A stretch of DNA of 64,000 nt from Eledone cirrhosa. Taxonomy: Eukaryota. Shown here piece by piece: positions 35,099 to 49,052 of this stretch. The first letter of the stretch is position 1. The number at the start of each line of letters is the position of its first letter. The position numbers were made by a program, and so were the translations under genes. Where the stretch lies: contig OZ024743.1 in assembly GCA_964016885.1 (NCBI GenBank), positions 357,492,001-357,556,000 on the forward strand, read 5' to 3'. The notes under the pieces are model-generated. The model was not told the origin of the DNA, made no database searches, and was given only the letters and a program-made list of their open reading frames with translations.

Positions 35099-35100
<2 letters not shown>

Positions 35101-35139
<39 letters not shown>

Positions 35140-35230
35140 TATTATTATTATCATTACTGTAGTTGTTGTTGTTGTTGCTGTTATCATTTTTGTTGTTGTT
35201 GTTATTGTTTTCTTGCTATTACTATTATCT
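35101..35230. repeat. (ATT)n tail grading into (GTT)n-like low-complexity sequence
   Basis: Directly visible. Confidence 0.9.
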
Positions 35231-35614
35231 TTGTTGGTGATACTTTTCCTGTCGATCTTAAACATGAGATTTTAATAACCTAACACCTTTACAATGTTAT
35301 ATAACATCCATTTGGTAACCTCCACGCCTTCATTTCCAATGTCTCTACAATTATTTATTGACCCACCTCTCTCTTCTCTCACAGAACTTTGACGACAATG
35401 AACAGAAATGTAGATGAAAATTGAAACCACTTTCCCATCCATCCCCAATCCGTCACTTGGGTCTCATGCCCCACAAACGTTGACCCCGTTTTCCTGTTGA
35501 CGTCATACCAAACTATTGTGCAAATGGCATCTCCAGGTAATCCTCCCCACTGATATCTGTGAGACGAAAAGCTTACATACCATTTCATTGTTACATTACG
35601 AATACCATGTAAAC

Positions 35615-35655
<41 letters not shown>

Positions 35656-35749
35656 CGATGATGACGATAGTGTCCATGCTGGTTGTGTTGCCGATGATGA
35701 TGATGATGATGATATTGATGATGAGAATGGTGCTGCTGTGGCTGCTGTG

Positions 35750-35780
<31 letters not shown>

Positions 35781-35820
35781 TTGTTGTTGTTGTTGTTGTT
35801 GTTGATGGCGATGATGTAAT
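35615..35820. repeat. (GAT)n/(GCT)n/(GTT)n trinucleotide tract
   Basis: Directly visible. Confidence 0.9.
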
Positions 35821-36689
35821 GATGGTGCTTATGCTATATCTGATTATTTACTAGGTGACTAGTAACTGCACTATGGTAGCTAATATTTTAGAAAATGGTA
35901 CTCGTGTTGTACAAGAGTTTATCACTATAATCTCGACAGCATACAGGTAGTTTTAAATAGCGCAGTAAATTGTGCCTCTTGTAAACATCACTATTTTACA
36001 TAGCAGTACCTTGCTATGTAAAATAGTGATGCTAATAGACAACAAACCAAAAGATCCAGTCCTACTCTTTTGATTCATCAGAGTCCGTGATGATAGGGTT
36101 GTTTCAACTTGATGTCCTAGAATCATACAGCCATAAACCTGCACATTAGGTGGCCAGAGGTTTATCTTAACATTATCTTAGATCTTGGCAGTTAGGAGGG
36201 TTGTGTGGGATACCCCGTGTTTGGGTAGCTTTTATAACATGGTGGCTAAGGCAATATCAAATATCAATCAAAATAGGGACGCACAAGACAAAGACAACGG
36301 AAAAACACGAACATATCCCTTCTCGTCAGTCAACTGTTGGAGATCCTTATGGTTTTAGCGCTTTAAATTTGATAACATTCCCTTCAGTCCACACGGAATT
36401 GCAGCAGGACAGAACACTGTAGCATAGGACAGAGTGTGTCTTTTCGATAAGCAAAAATGGTAGTACAAACCGGTGTGCTTCAACTGAAAACGAAAAGTGT
36501 TAAAAATACAGTGTGTAAATTAATTTAGCTAAGAAGAAGAGAGAAAAAACTCAGACGTTAAGCCTGAGACGAGATAGTATAGCGGAGTGAATAGCGAGAA
36601 AAGTAGCAGTAGAATGCAATGGGCATTGTGTAGGTGGGGTAAGGTCAAGAAAGAGACAGAAGAAAGGGGGCGAGAGATAGAGAAAGAAG

Positions 36690-36765
36690 AAGGGTCGATA
36701 AAATAAAGCACCAGTAATGCATTGGGATAATTGCTGGCCTTGTGCTAAATAGTAGAAACAATTAT
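36690..36765 (+). mobile_element. SINE 3' fragment
   Basis: gggtcgataaaataaagcaccagtaatgcattgggataattgctggccttgtgc. Confidence 0.7.
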
Positions 36766-36779
36766 TTATATTTGAGTAT

Positions 36780-37496
36780 CATACTATTCGTAATAATCTC
36801 CTTAAGACTGTACACAGCTATTCCAGCGATTCTTCGAAGCCTCGAAAGTCCTCTTGAAAGCCATCCAATATTGCCTGCAATTTCATTTGAATCATCCATC
36901 GTCTAGAAGAGGCAATTCTTTAAATTTCATTTCATTTCAACACGGCAAAGCCACAAGGGGATAACTTATGTGGATACGGGGGATAGATTTCGCACCAGGC
37001 GCATTAACTGATTCTAGTCACGTAACAGAGAAAATGGATTGTTCGGCGATGGTCCTCATAGATGAGTTCATGAATTGATTCCAAATTTTCTGGTGTTTAA
37101 CCATTACCAGTGATTAGTCCTGAGCGTTAATCATCTTGAACCTATAGTGAGTTGATATTGGAATGCGATGTGACACACAAAAACCAGAGTTGAACTTTAA
37201 AAGTCTTCACTAAAAGTTTGACAAAGCATTTCCAAGGTCTCGGTAGCAGATTTGCCAAACTTCATATAAAATGTGATGCAAGGACATAGCTTGAGTTGAT
37301 CAACCATCATAAAAATTGCAACTATAATACACTATAAAACCTCATGTAACAATTGAACACAAGTTGATAGCATAAAGCCTATTTGTATGCTGACTCCACA
37401 GGATGGCTAACATTGATCCTCAGTTGCGCACGCATTTCCGTTGAACACTAAGTTTAATCACAGCACGTACAATCCGGAAACTTTCCGATAGCATTT

Positions 37497-37502
<6 letters not shown>
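36780..37502 (-). mobile_element. Degenerate, internally deleted mariner-like DNA transposon
   Basis: Minus strand reads PPYPHKLSPCGF (like PPYSPDLAPCDF) and KNRWNSCVQS*GDYYE (mariner C-terminus); TIR-like tccggaaactttccgatagcatttcgcaTA at the right end. Confidence 0.65.
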
Positions 37503-37586
<84 letters not shown>

Positions 37587-37712
37587 GGGAGTGAGAGCGG
37601 GAGAAAGAGATGCAAATAGTTTTCTACGGTCCTATTTCGGTCTATCTCTTTCACTCCATTCCCACTATCTCTCTCTCCCTTCTCTCTCTCCCGCTTTCTC
37701 TCTCTCTTTCTC

Positions 37713-37743
<31 letters not shown>

Positions 37744-38825
37744 TTCACTCTCTATCTCTCTCTCTATATATATACAGAGAAAGAGAGAGCGAGAGAGAAA
37801 TATTATATATATATGTATGTGTGTGTGTGTGTGTGTATGTGTGTGTGTGTGCATGCGTGCGTGTGTGCACGCGCATATCCGTATGTATTTGTGTGTGAAT
37901 GTATATGTATGTTTGTGTGTAGTTTTTTTTCGTGTGTGCAATAACATATATACACATAAAATAAGGGAGTGGAAGGAAGCGAGAGTTTGGGGGGGGGGGG
38001 GGGGTAAAAATTGGAACAAAAAAAAAGAAGAGTGGGGGAGAGACTGATAACTTGTCCGAAAGAGAAAGAGTGAAAAAGAAATATACCATCCGCCTGACCG
38101 AGCAACAAAAATGAATGACTGCAGGTCGATGTAACGATGACTTTCACGAAGTTCGGCAGGAGAGAAAGAACGTTGACTTAATGCTGGGGTGTCCATTTTG
38201 TTGAGCGCCTGATAAACAGATAAAACTGTTTGAATTGAAGTCATTAATCAGTGTTTACTCTAATGGAAGCAGATTGTCGACTTAACGAATGAAACGATGT
38301 AGGCAGACGACAGCAGAGAAACAACAACAACAACAACAACAACGGCAACAGAAGCAACAGCAACAGCAACAACAACAACAGCAGCAGCAAAAGCAGCAGC
38401 AACAGCATGCAGTGTACAGTTGAACAAAATATGGCTGCCATGTGTATGGGGTATTCGTAGGTGGTAGCGAGAGTGGTGACGTCAAATATAGATGGATGGC
38501 TTGAGATGAAGAAAGAGGAAGCGGAGGAACTGTGATGTTTGTGGATGTCATGGCTATGGGGTGGTAGTGGTGGTGGTGGTGGTGGTGGTGGTGGTGGTGG
38601 TGGTGGTGGCGGTGGTGGTGTGGTGGTGTGGTGGTGGTGTGGTGGTGTGGTGATGGTAGTAGAGGTGGTGGTGGTGGTGGTGGTGGTGAGGTGGTGGTGT
38701 GGCAGTGGTTGTGGTAAGCGTGAATAATTAGGAAAAAAGAGAGATTGAGAGAAAAAGGAGAAGAGTTAGTCCAAGAGTACGAAAGATAGACAGAGAAATA
38801 GATAGAAAGAGAGAGAGAGGGAGAG

Positions 38826-38860
<35 letters not shown>

Positions 38861-39452
38861 AAGGGAGATTGAGAAATAGAGGCAGAGAAACATAAGAGAG
38901 TTGATTGAGAAAGGAGAGGATGAGGCGGAGGAGAAAGCGGAAAGAAAGGAGGTAGAAACGTATGGCGAGAAAAAGTATAAGTTAGAAGGATAGATAGATA
39001 GATAGATGGATAGGGATAGAGAGAGAGAAAGATTCCGCCATCCTCTGGATTCTAATTTAAACCCAAGGCACGAGTGGTATTTTATTTTATTGACCCTGGT
39101 TGGATGAAAGGCAAAGCTGATGTCTTTGGGATTTGAACTCAGACTGCAAAGAGTTGGAACAACTACTGCAAGGCATTTTGTCCGACGCTTTAACGATTCT
39201 GCCAAGTCAGGATGCCGGTGAAAAGTGATTGATATGTTGTGCATGTTGTGAGGAGGAGTTGGGTTAGTGTGATGGGAGGAAGCTGCGAAGATATATGAGA
39301 AATGAAGTTTAAACAAGGGGAGATTACTAGACAGAAGAGAGAGAGAGAAAGAGAGAAGGAGGAGCGCCAAACGAGAAGCGAAAGAAAGAGAGTAAGAAAG
39401 TGAGAGAAAGAAAGAAAAAGAGAGAGAGAGAAGAGGAGCGCCAAACGAGAAG

Positions 39453-39483
<31 letters not shown>

Positions 39484-39560
39484 AGGGGGCGCGAAACGAG
39501 AAGAGAAAGAGAGAGAGAGAGAGAGAAAATGGAGAGCCAAACGAGAAGAGAAAATGTGGC
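37500..39560. repeat. Microsatellite-rich block: (TA)n, (TG)n, (TC)n, (CAA/CAG)n, (GGT)n, (GA)n
   Basis: Directly visible; a SINE relic on the minus strand at ~39075-39210. Confidence 0.85.
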
Positions 39561-40348
39561 ATAAGGGTGTCTTGAGAATTTAAAAAAAAATGAGAAAGAA
39601 AGAAATGCTAAATTTTAAGATTTGTTTTGAGATTGAGTGACAGAAAATAAAGGAAAGTAAAAACAAAAGCAAACAAAATGAGAATTGAGAAAGAAAGAAG
39701 AAGAAAATAATTGAAAGATGAAGTAGTGAAAGAAGAAAAAGAATGTAGAATAGAAATATTACTACGTTACTTGGAAATTGAAGTAACAGTTGTGCTTCAA
39801 TAAACTGGAATAGCCGCTAGGAGTTAGTGTTGAGGGAGTAAGTGATAAATATAAAACAGCCCTGTCTTCTTTCTCGCTTTCATACTTTCTATTTTTCACA
39901 ATCCCTCTCTTCTTCATACAACCCATTCTTTCCAGGTTTCCGCGTTTTTCTATTTACTTTCACTTTCCCCACTTTCTTCTTATCTAATAGTTTTCATTAT
40001 ACCTCTATTTTTTTTTTTTTACCTTTCTCCTTATATATTTCTTCTCCCTTTGTTTTCCTTTCCACTCCAATTATCACTTTTTCTTTTTCCGATCTTTATC
40101 TTTTATTTTTCTATCAAATACTGTCACTTTATCACTGTTTCTATTTCTTTCTATCTCTCACCTCATCACTTTCTCTCTATCTATTCACACTGCATATCTT
40201 AGACCCTGTCGTTCAGTATCACCTTCATATTCACCCCTTCGCTCTTTCTCATTCTCGCTCTGTATATATATATATATATATATATATAGGGAGAGAGAGA
40301 GAAAGAGAGAAAAAGAGGGGGAGTTCCGCAATCCATGAGTGAGTAGGG

Positions 40349-40412
<64 letters not shown>

Positions 40413-40449
40413 ATATTCCCCTCTCTTCTATGCTCTATCTAACTATATG

Positions 40450-40509
<60 letters not shown>

Positions 40510-40517
40510 ACTATATG

Positions 40518-40582
<65 letters not shown>

Positions 40583-41044
40583 TATATATATATATATATA
40601 TCATCTATCAGTCACATCAATCTTCTCCTTCAGTTTCCATCAGTTGGTCATAAATTCAAGCAAACTAAAAAACAAAATGATATAAAAAAATATAAATACA
40701 ATAGAAAAGTAAGAAAAATATCGTTTCATATTTGATGGCTCCATGGGATACTGGCGCAAGTCACGCCGTAATCCCATCAGTAGCCGTTCCCATCATTCCT
40801 CCGTCTCCCATCTGATTGATGGCTCTTATTTGAGAGCTCTGGGATATATGGTCGCATGAGGCTTTCTACTCAACTTCGACTCGCCTTGATGATACGCCAC
40901 CCGGCACGGTTGTTGTTGTTGTTGTTGCTGTTGCTGTTGATGTTGCTGTTGATGTTGCAACCACAGGCTCCAACTCCACGAGACGGTTAGCTAGGTAGGA
41001 GTGAAAGATAGAACGGTGAGCAAATAGAGAAAGACTGAAAGTAA

Positions 41045-41418
<374 letters not shown>

Positions 41419-41545
41419 TGACTTCATGATGGAGTGTTGATAAGTTTGAAAATAAAAAGAGAGAATCTGCATATGTTCGGTGGATAGAAAAATGATTCAG
41501 AGAGAGTAAGAACGAGAAAGAGAGAAGAGACAGGGTAAGGGAGAA

Positions 41546-41548
<3 letters not shown>

Positions 41549-41629
<81 letters not shown>

Positions 41630-41694
41630 AGTGTGTGCGCGTGTGTGTGTGTGTGTGTGTGAGTGAGTGTGTGTGTGTGTGTGTGAGTGTGTGT

Positions 41695-41725
<31 letters not shown>

Positions 41726-41736
41726 AGTGTGTGTGT

Positions 41737-41771
<35 letters not shown>

Positions 41772-41922
41772 TGGGTGTGTGTGTGTGTGTGTGTGTGTGA
41801 GTGTGTGTGTGAGTGTGTGTGTGTGTGTGTGAGTGTGTGTGTGTATGAGTGTGTGTGTGTGTGTGTGTGTGAGATAGTGGGTGTGTGTGAGTGAGTGAGT
41901 GAGTGTGTGTGTGTGTGTGTGT

Positions 41923-41959
<37 letters not shown>

Positions 41960-42000
41960 TGAGTGTGTGTGTGTGTGTGTGTGCGTGTGTGTGCGTGTGT

Positions 42001-42038
<38 letters not shown>

Positions 42039-42175
42039 GTGTGCGTGTGTGTGTATGTGTGTGTGTTTGGAGGAATAAAAATGAGAAAACGGAAGACGGA
42101 TTGATAGATAAATTTGGAGATAAAGAGTAAGATAGAGATAAAGAAAGGACAAGAGAGAAACAGAGATAGACAGAT

Positions 42176-42252
<77 letters not shown>
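41549..42252. repeat. Long (TG)n/(TGAG) and (GA)n microsatellites
   Basis: Directly visible. Confidence 0.95.
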
Positions 42253-42255
<3 letters not shown>

Positions 42256-42751
42256 GATACGTTAATTCGAAACAAAGAAAGAGAAAAAGAAGAATATAGA
42301 GAAAGGGTACACACATTTATATATACATATATAGAAAACCAGGCCTTGGAGACAAAATGATAAAGTGGAGTAGAAAGCAGTCATCCATCTATCTGTCCAC
42401 TGTCCAGTTGTCCATCCACCCTTTTCAACCAATCGGTCAACCTGTCAAGAGAACATTGGTGACGATGAAGATGGACGTTCGTTGGACTTCATCTATTTTG
42501 AGAATTACTGGCAAAGACAAACGACAAATAAACAATAGAAGAAAAAATCCTTGCTAAGATGGCGAAGGTGATCTGTTTTCGTTTGAGCAGTATATAAAAG
42601 AGAAATGTCTCAATGACCGATTAGATTGAAGATGACTAAAACAGCCACGAGTTCGTGTACAATCATTGGAGCTATTTTATGCTGCTGATGTTGATGTATA
42701 GCGTAAGGTGATAAATGTGTCCTGCTCTACTTAACTAGTAGTAGTAGTAGT

Positions 42752-42792
<41 letters not shown>

Positions 42793-42867
42793 AGAGAGAG
42801 GGAAAGAGAGAGAAATGGGAAGCGAGAGAGAGAGAGAGAGAGATTGAGGGAGATAGAAGGAGGAAAG

Positions 42868-43437
42868 ATGGTGAGAAAGAGAGAAAGAGGTAAAGAGAGG
42901 GATAGGTTGAGAGTGAGAGAACGAGAAAGGGAGAAAGAGATAGGAGGGGGATCATGGTGAGAAAGAGAGAAAGAGGTAAAGAGAGGGATAGGCTGAGAGT
43001 GAGAGAACGAGAAAGGGAGAAAGAGATAGGAGAGAGATGGTAAGAGAGAGAAAGAGGTAAAGAGAGAGATAGGCTGAGAGTGAGAGAACGAGAAAGGGAG
43101 AAAGAGATAGGAGAGAGATGGTAAGAGAGCGAAAGAGGTAAAGAGAGAGATAGGCTGAGAGTGAGAGAACGAGAAAGGGAGAAAGAGATAGGAGGGGGAT
43201 CATGGTGAGAAAGAGAGAAAGAGGTAAAGAGAGGGATAGGCTGAGAGTGAGAGAACGAGAAAGGGAGAAAGAGATAGGAGAGAGATGGTAAGAGAGAGAA
43301 AGAGGTAAAGAGAGGGATAGGGTGAGAGTGAGAGAACGAGAAAGGGAGAAAGAGATAGGAGAGAGATGGTAAGAGAGAGAAGGAGGTAAAGAGAGGGATA
43401 GGGTGAGAGTGAGAGAACGAGAAAGGGAGAAAGAGAG
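42868..43437. repeat. Purine-rich minisatellite, ~80-88 bp units
   Basis: Recurring gaggtaaagagagggataggctgagagtgagagaacgagaaagggagaaagagatagg. Confidence 0.88.
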
Positions 43438-43624
43438 AATTTGATGGATTGTTGATTACGGAGTGGACATTGACATATATAATACTGACATATACAGCCG
43501 AGGGCGAATCTCCTCACCAGAACAGAACATAATAGAAGGAACATAATAATATAAAAATCATTTTTTTAAAATGAATCACAAACTAGTTCAATCATTACGT
43601 AATGTTATACATGTGTGTGTGTGT

Positions 43625-43946
43625 GTGTGTTGGACCACCAACTGTTCCGACGACGAGTGCGCCAGTTGTTTGATTAATGGAACAGCCTGCTCGTGAAATT
43701 AATATGCAAATGGCTGGGCATTCCACATATATGTGAACCCATAACGTGGTTGTTCGGGAAATTCTGCGTAACAGTGTGTGACAAAGCTGACTCTTTGAAT
43801 TACATGTTCAACTCGTTTTTGTCAGCTGAGTGAACTTGAGCAATGTGAAATAGTGTCTTGCTCAAGGACACAATGAACCGCCAGGAATCCAACTTACGAT
43901 CTTGAGATCGTGAGCTGAATACTCAAGCTACTAACCTATGCGCCTT
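43625..43946 (-). mobile_element. tRNA-derived CORE-type SINE
   Basis: Minus strand: tRNA-like head, then gtgtccttgagcaagacac (CORE-like) and gttcactcagctg. Confidence 0.65.
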
Positions 43947-44519
43947 AATACATACATACATACATACACACATACACACACATATACATACATACATACA
44001 TACATACATACATGGTGGCTGCCAACTCGTTTTCGAGTACGGCCACTACTTTATATCCATGTAGGAGAACCCCTACCGGTGCGCTGAACAAGTGTGACTT
44101 TTTAGTCCAGCCAGCGACTTGAAAACTCTGGTACAAACACTACACTTGTGACAATTATTGACACAGTGCTGGGCCCATGGTACCATGTGACGACAAGTGT
44201 AGAGAGATCTCCAGATATAAAGCAATGCCTGTGCCGTGAAGCTTTTATAGTGAGCAAAGGCACTGCAAAAAGCCAGTCCCACTCTCTTAACCAAGATGAT
44301 ATTTACCAAAAAGAAGAACAAGTCAACATCATTGGATACCATCAGGGTTGCAGGTGTTATATCAGAGTTTTCCTTCTCCTAGAATTCTGCCTTGACAAAG
44401 GCTAAGGGGTCATCTCTCCCGGTGATTTTGAATGGTCATTGACTCTTAAGAGCTCCTTTGCCCTTTGACAGGTTTTGTTTTTAGTCCTGCAGGATGTCCA
44501 AAGTCACCCTCCTCACCAA

Positions 44520-44860
44520 GAAACTCTTCTAAAACATATATCGGCTCTACTTCGAGCTGCTTCAAGACGAGATACAACTCGCACCTCCACTCTTTCAAGA
44601 AACCCAATCTAGCCAACTCCACTTCTTTATCTAGCTATGTACACTCTCTGAAAACTAGGAATAGACCATTTACACTGCAATGGGAAGCAGTAGGTAGGGC
44701 ATCATCATATAAACCACCGAATAAATTGTGTAATTTCTGTCTTCTAGAGAGCCATATTTTTCGAAACCAGACCTCCTTAATAAAAAGTCGGAGACATTTT
44801 CCTCGAGCCAACACCGATACCGTCACTCTTTCCATAACTTTAAACCTAGCTGTTAGTATT
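44520..44860 (+). pseudogene. Penelope-like element GIY-YIG endonuclease C-terminal fragment
   Basis: TYIGSTSSCFKTRYNSHLHSF...TSLSSYV..LK...W...SSY...CNFCLLE, then frameshifted LLNKKSE. Confidence 0.8.
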
Positions 44861-45416
44861 TATCAATGTCAGATTTGAATTCTCCACCACATGTAACACT
44901 TCACATCGAGGATTTATCAGCCCCCACAACTACACACTCTTTGATCAGCTCTTCCCTCTACACAACTCCTATGTACCTCTAACTTTATACTCTGCAATAA
45001 CTGTTAGAATTAAACATAAAGTTACCACCTTTTGGTATAACTATTATAGCTTAATTATATTATATAAAGTAATAGATATTTAATATGTTGAGAGATTTAA
45101 TGTAATATGTAATAATAAACTATATAGACATTTGTGTAATTGAATACTTAAATAAACCTTTAACACAATGTAGTAATAATAAAGTATATATACATTTATA
45201 TTTAAATATATAATGTAATAGCATTGTATGCATGGGATTAATTTTTAAACAATAATGTATATTGTTGCACAGGTGATATACCTAGTTAAACATATAAACA
45301 GCTATTTTCCATAACATATATCTTGTCCAGTAATGAATGGATAACAATCTTAAGGGACCTTTAATATATTATAATAAAACACACTGTGTTTAAAATCAAG
45401 TATAAATGTATAGCAT

Positions 45417-45600
45417 GTGAATTGGTAGTATTGGTGGAGGGTTGGACGCCATGCTTTCTAGCATAGTTACGTCCCTTTACGGTCTGAGTTCAAATCCCAC
45501 CAAGGTTAACTTTGCCTTTCATCCTTACGGGGTCGATAAAATAAAGTACCAGTAATGTACTGGGTAATTTCTGGCCTTGTGCCATAAGTAGAAACAATTA
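45417..45600 (+). mobile_element. tRNA-derived SINE
   Basis: Same family as 17109-17293. Confidence 0.78.
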
Positions 45601-46562
45601 TGTAATAGAGATTCTATTGTATCACATTATAATGTGTATTAGAGCAAAGATTTTGAATAATGAATTTAATTAGCTAGTTACCCCCCTTACGCATTAGTTC
45701 CCCTTACTCACTTCCGGATATTTTAACCGTTAGAAAACCTACCTGTTGAACTAATGTAGTCCATGTATATGAATACAATAAGACTAATTTACAATCCATT
45801 GCTTTAACTAATTTAAAACATTCAATATAAACATTAACTGAAATATAATTCAACATATGTAATGGAAGAGACTGCAATAACTTTATTCTCCTCAACACAC
45901 AAATTCAAACACTATCAACAAACTACGTCCACCTTAGATTTTAATACAATACAGTTTTGCTTAAAACACAGTATTTATTTATCTATAGATACATAATAAC
46001 TTTGCTTATTTCCTTCTCATATGTAAGTCTAACGCATCTGCACTTTCTACACACCTGCATATGTATTGCTAATGAACTCTTTCTTTCTCAAAGCTCCTTT
46101 CACAATGCCTCTTTAATTATTGGACTATTCTCTTGTATTATCTGTTGCATGTATTCCCCTCTGTGCTTTTAATTTTAATTTGAATTTGAATTTGAATTTG
46201 AATTTTTGTACAATTATCGTAAAATATATGTCACATCCATTCCACACTGTAAATACGAAACTGTTGCTCACAACATCAATATATATGTATCTATATTATT
46301 GTTCAGTTGAATAGGAGGTTAATTACATGTACAAACATTGATAATGCTCCGATGACTCCAAATGAGAGTTTGAAGAAACGATTGTCAGCTATTAAATGAT
46401 TTGAACACAACTTTGATAATTGTATAATTTATTTATTTTCCTGCTCTGTAAAACAACTGATGTTCATACATTGAGCTATTTCTCTTACTGATAATAAGGT
46501 AATAGGAAATTACTGACCTCCCTCTTTATAGTTGTTTATACTATATACATAACTATAAATAG

Positions 46563-46610
<48 letters not shown>

Positions 46611-47399
46611 GAGATTTCTATTATAGTGCTTTTATCACATTTCAAGAGGACATTAATAGAATATTCTGTTGTTGTTTTTACGCATTGAGTGATAACTATA
46701 GTTAAAACAAGATATTAAAGAAATTAACTATTGTTCCGAGGAAAGTCACACAGCGCCTCTTTACACCGAACCTTTTTGTATTTTAAGACAGCAAATTGAC
46801 TAGATCTCTGCCAGATTTACGCCTACTTATCATGGCTGCAAATGTGCTTATCCTACAACTCATCCAAGAAAGATAAACTGGTGGTTTATGCCAACCTTCA
46901 AAAGATACATTTTCATATGGATTTCACTACTAAAGTTCATAAAACTCCAAACAAGAAAAGTGTTGATAGATAGTTGTGTGTAGCAATGATACAAACACTT
47001 AGAAGAAATAATTTTTCTATCTGACCACTCCATAGCAGTAAGCATCTGTCATCACGACGCTGACATCGTCAAGGTTTCCTCTCGTGTCACAGTTGAATGG
47101 GTATCCTGCAGCAGTAGTGCAAGAGGCAAAATCACTAGGAGTTAAGAGATTGGTTACCATTTAAGTACCAATCCTATAATTCGATTGAAGTACCAATCTT
47201 ATTGTTCCGATAGAACATCATTTAATTTGACCTCCGATTAGAGGTCCCTGTATATTGAAAACATGACCAAATGCGGCTGTACTGATCGCTAAGTACTGAT
47301 AAAGACCTTCGATTGACCCAGTTGGTTCAGAGCTCCATCGAAGCGACGTTTATCAACCATCTATCGCATAAGGTGGAAGTTACCCGGATAGATTTCCGA

Positions 47400-48432
47400 A
47401 AGTTTAGATGATCCTATGCGGTTTGTCCAAGTCAATATTGGTACACCAAGAAAATCCATTCGGTACTGACCACATTGCTCGATTAGTTAAGGGAACTGAC
47501 TGCTTGACAACATTCCAGATGATTGACGCCCAGTCTCGATCTTTGCTTGACCCACTACTGGACCTCAATCAAAGAGACGAGTTGCGGAAAGACTTGTCCC
47601 ACAAACGGCAACCGCTCTGTTCACCGTTTAAGAATATCCGGAGATGCTGTAGCCTCAGCGCATGTTTGTGCATCATCAACCACAGCATGCCCAGCCTTCT
47701 GCGTAGAGGGTGCTGGAAGCAGATGGCCCGCCTCACCAATGGAACCTGGGTGTCCCAATTTGGTGAGGTATGAACAAGGCCAGGCATGACTGTCAGCGAT
47801 AGTAGACGATCGATGCGATGTACGCGTTCGCCACCTCAGTCCGAATTTTCAGGGATAGCATCCTCTCGGCCCATTTCTGGGTGAGAGTGGCTACCCTGCT
47901 CGTTACTTCATCCCAATTTTTATCCACCTGGAGGTCTGGCAACTTCACCGGACCGTCCGCCCATCGTCATTGAACGTCATAGATTTGCCTCTCCAGTGGC
48001 CGAGCTGCAAACCCACCAAATTTTCCGTCAATCTTTCCTATTCTTCTAAAAAGTTGCCGATCACCTTGATGTTCGAAGTGTTCGACAGCTTGACGATGAT
48101 GATGAGGCCCTCCTACGCCTCGGTTCGAGCGAGATACCTTGCAACAGCTTCAGCTTCCGCAGTAATGGCTCAAGAGTCCATACGTACAGAAGGGAGGAGA
48201 AAGAGCATCTTTGACGGACCGAGCGTGTGATATGGAACGGTTCCGATAGGTGGTCGTTGACTTCGACCACCGAGCAGATGCCGCTGTGCATTGCATCAAT
48301 CCAGATTTTGAAGACAACCAAAGCCAGGTGCCTTGAGGACAGCATCAACGTATCGATGGTTGACCCTATCGGAAGCTTTCGATTGATCTAAATTGATCAG
48401 AGCCCCACCAAAGTTAGGTTTACTCTCTACCC
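47400..48432 (-). pseudogene. Old, decayed relative of the Tx1-like ORF2 (RT region, with a displaced EN piece)
   Basis: WIDAMHSGICSVVEVNDHLSEPF and PLVRRAICFQHPLRRRLGMLWLMMHKHALRL align with ORF2. Confidence 0.85.
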
Positions 48433-48546
48433 TCCCGAACTACTACCAGTTGCAATAGTTAAGACCTCAAATAAGTGTTTACTATTATAATCACAAGTTG
48501 ACCAAAGCCTTATGAATGGCGTAGACAGAAACTACAGAAGTCCGTC

Positions 48547-48621
<75 letters not shown>

Positions 48622-48654
48622 CGCGTGCGTGCATGCAGCATGTGTGAATGTGCT

Positions 48655-48875
48655 TCAAGAAATAAAAGTTGAAAATGCGCTTGAAGTCTAAGAACATTTA
48701 TTTACATAACTAGTTTCACAATTGCATGATTCTTAGAATTAGTGTGAGATGCACAGAACGGCACAGATCCACACCCCTCGATTTCACACTACTATTCAAA
48801 AACACGAAATTGTGAAACTGGTTAAATTAACGTAAATAAATTTTCTTAAAAACTTCTAATATATTTTCAACTGTT
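48655..48875. repeat. Imperfect inverted repeat (MITE-like)
   Basis: agttgaaaat...tagtttcacaatt versus aattgtgaaactgg...attttcaact. Confidence 0.55.
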
Positions 48876-48918
48876 CTTTATACTTCTTCCCGTGTGGAGG
48901 AAAAATTATATTTTCATA

Positions 48919-49009
<91 letters not shown>

Positions 49010-49052
49010 CATGAGAAGAAAGAGAAATACTGCGTGGTTGCACATGGGTTAC

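Larger units (their letters stand above)
29076..35100 (+). mobile_element. L1/Tx1-like retrotransposon, subfamily B, copy 5 (most intact)
   Basis: Full termini; intact 1139-aa ORF2; (ATT)n tail at 35101-35150. Confidence 0.93.

Noticed and set aside
40730-41040. GC-richer island that could be a host exon on the minus strand
   Set aside because: Only short frames with no recognisable domain; cannot be supported without transcripts.
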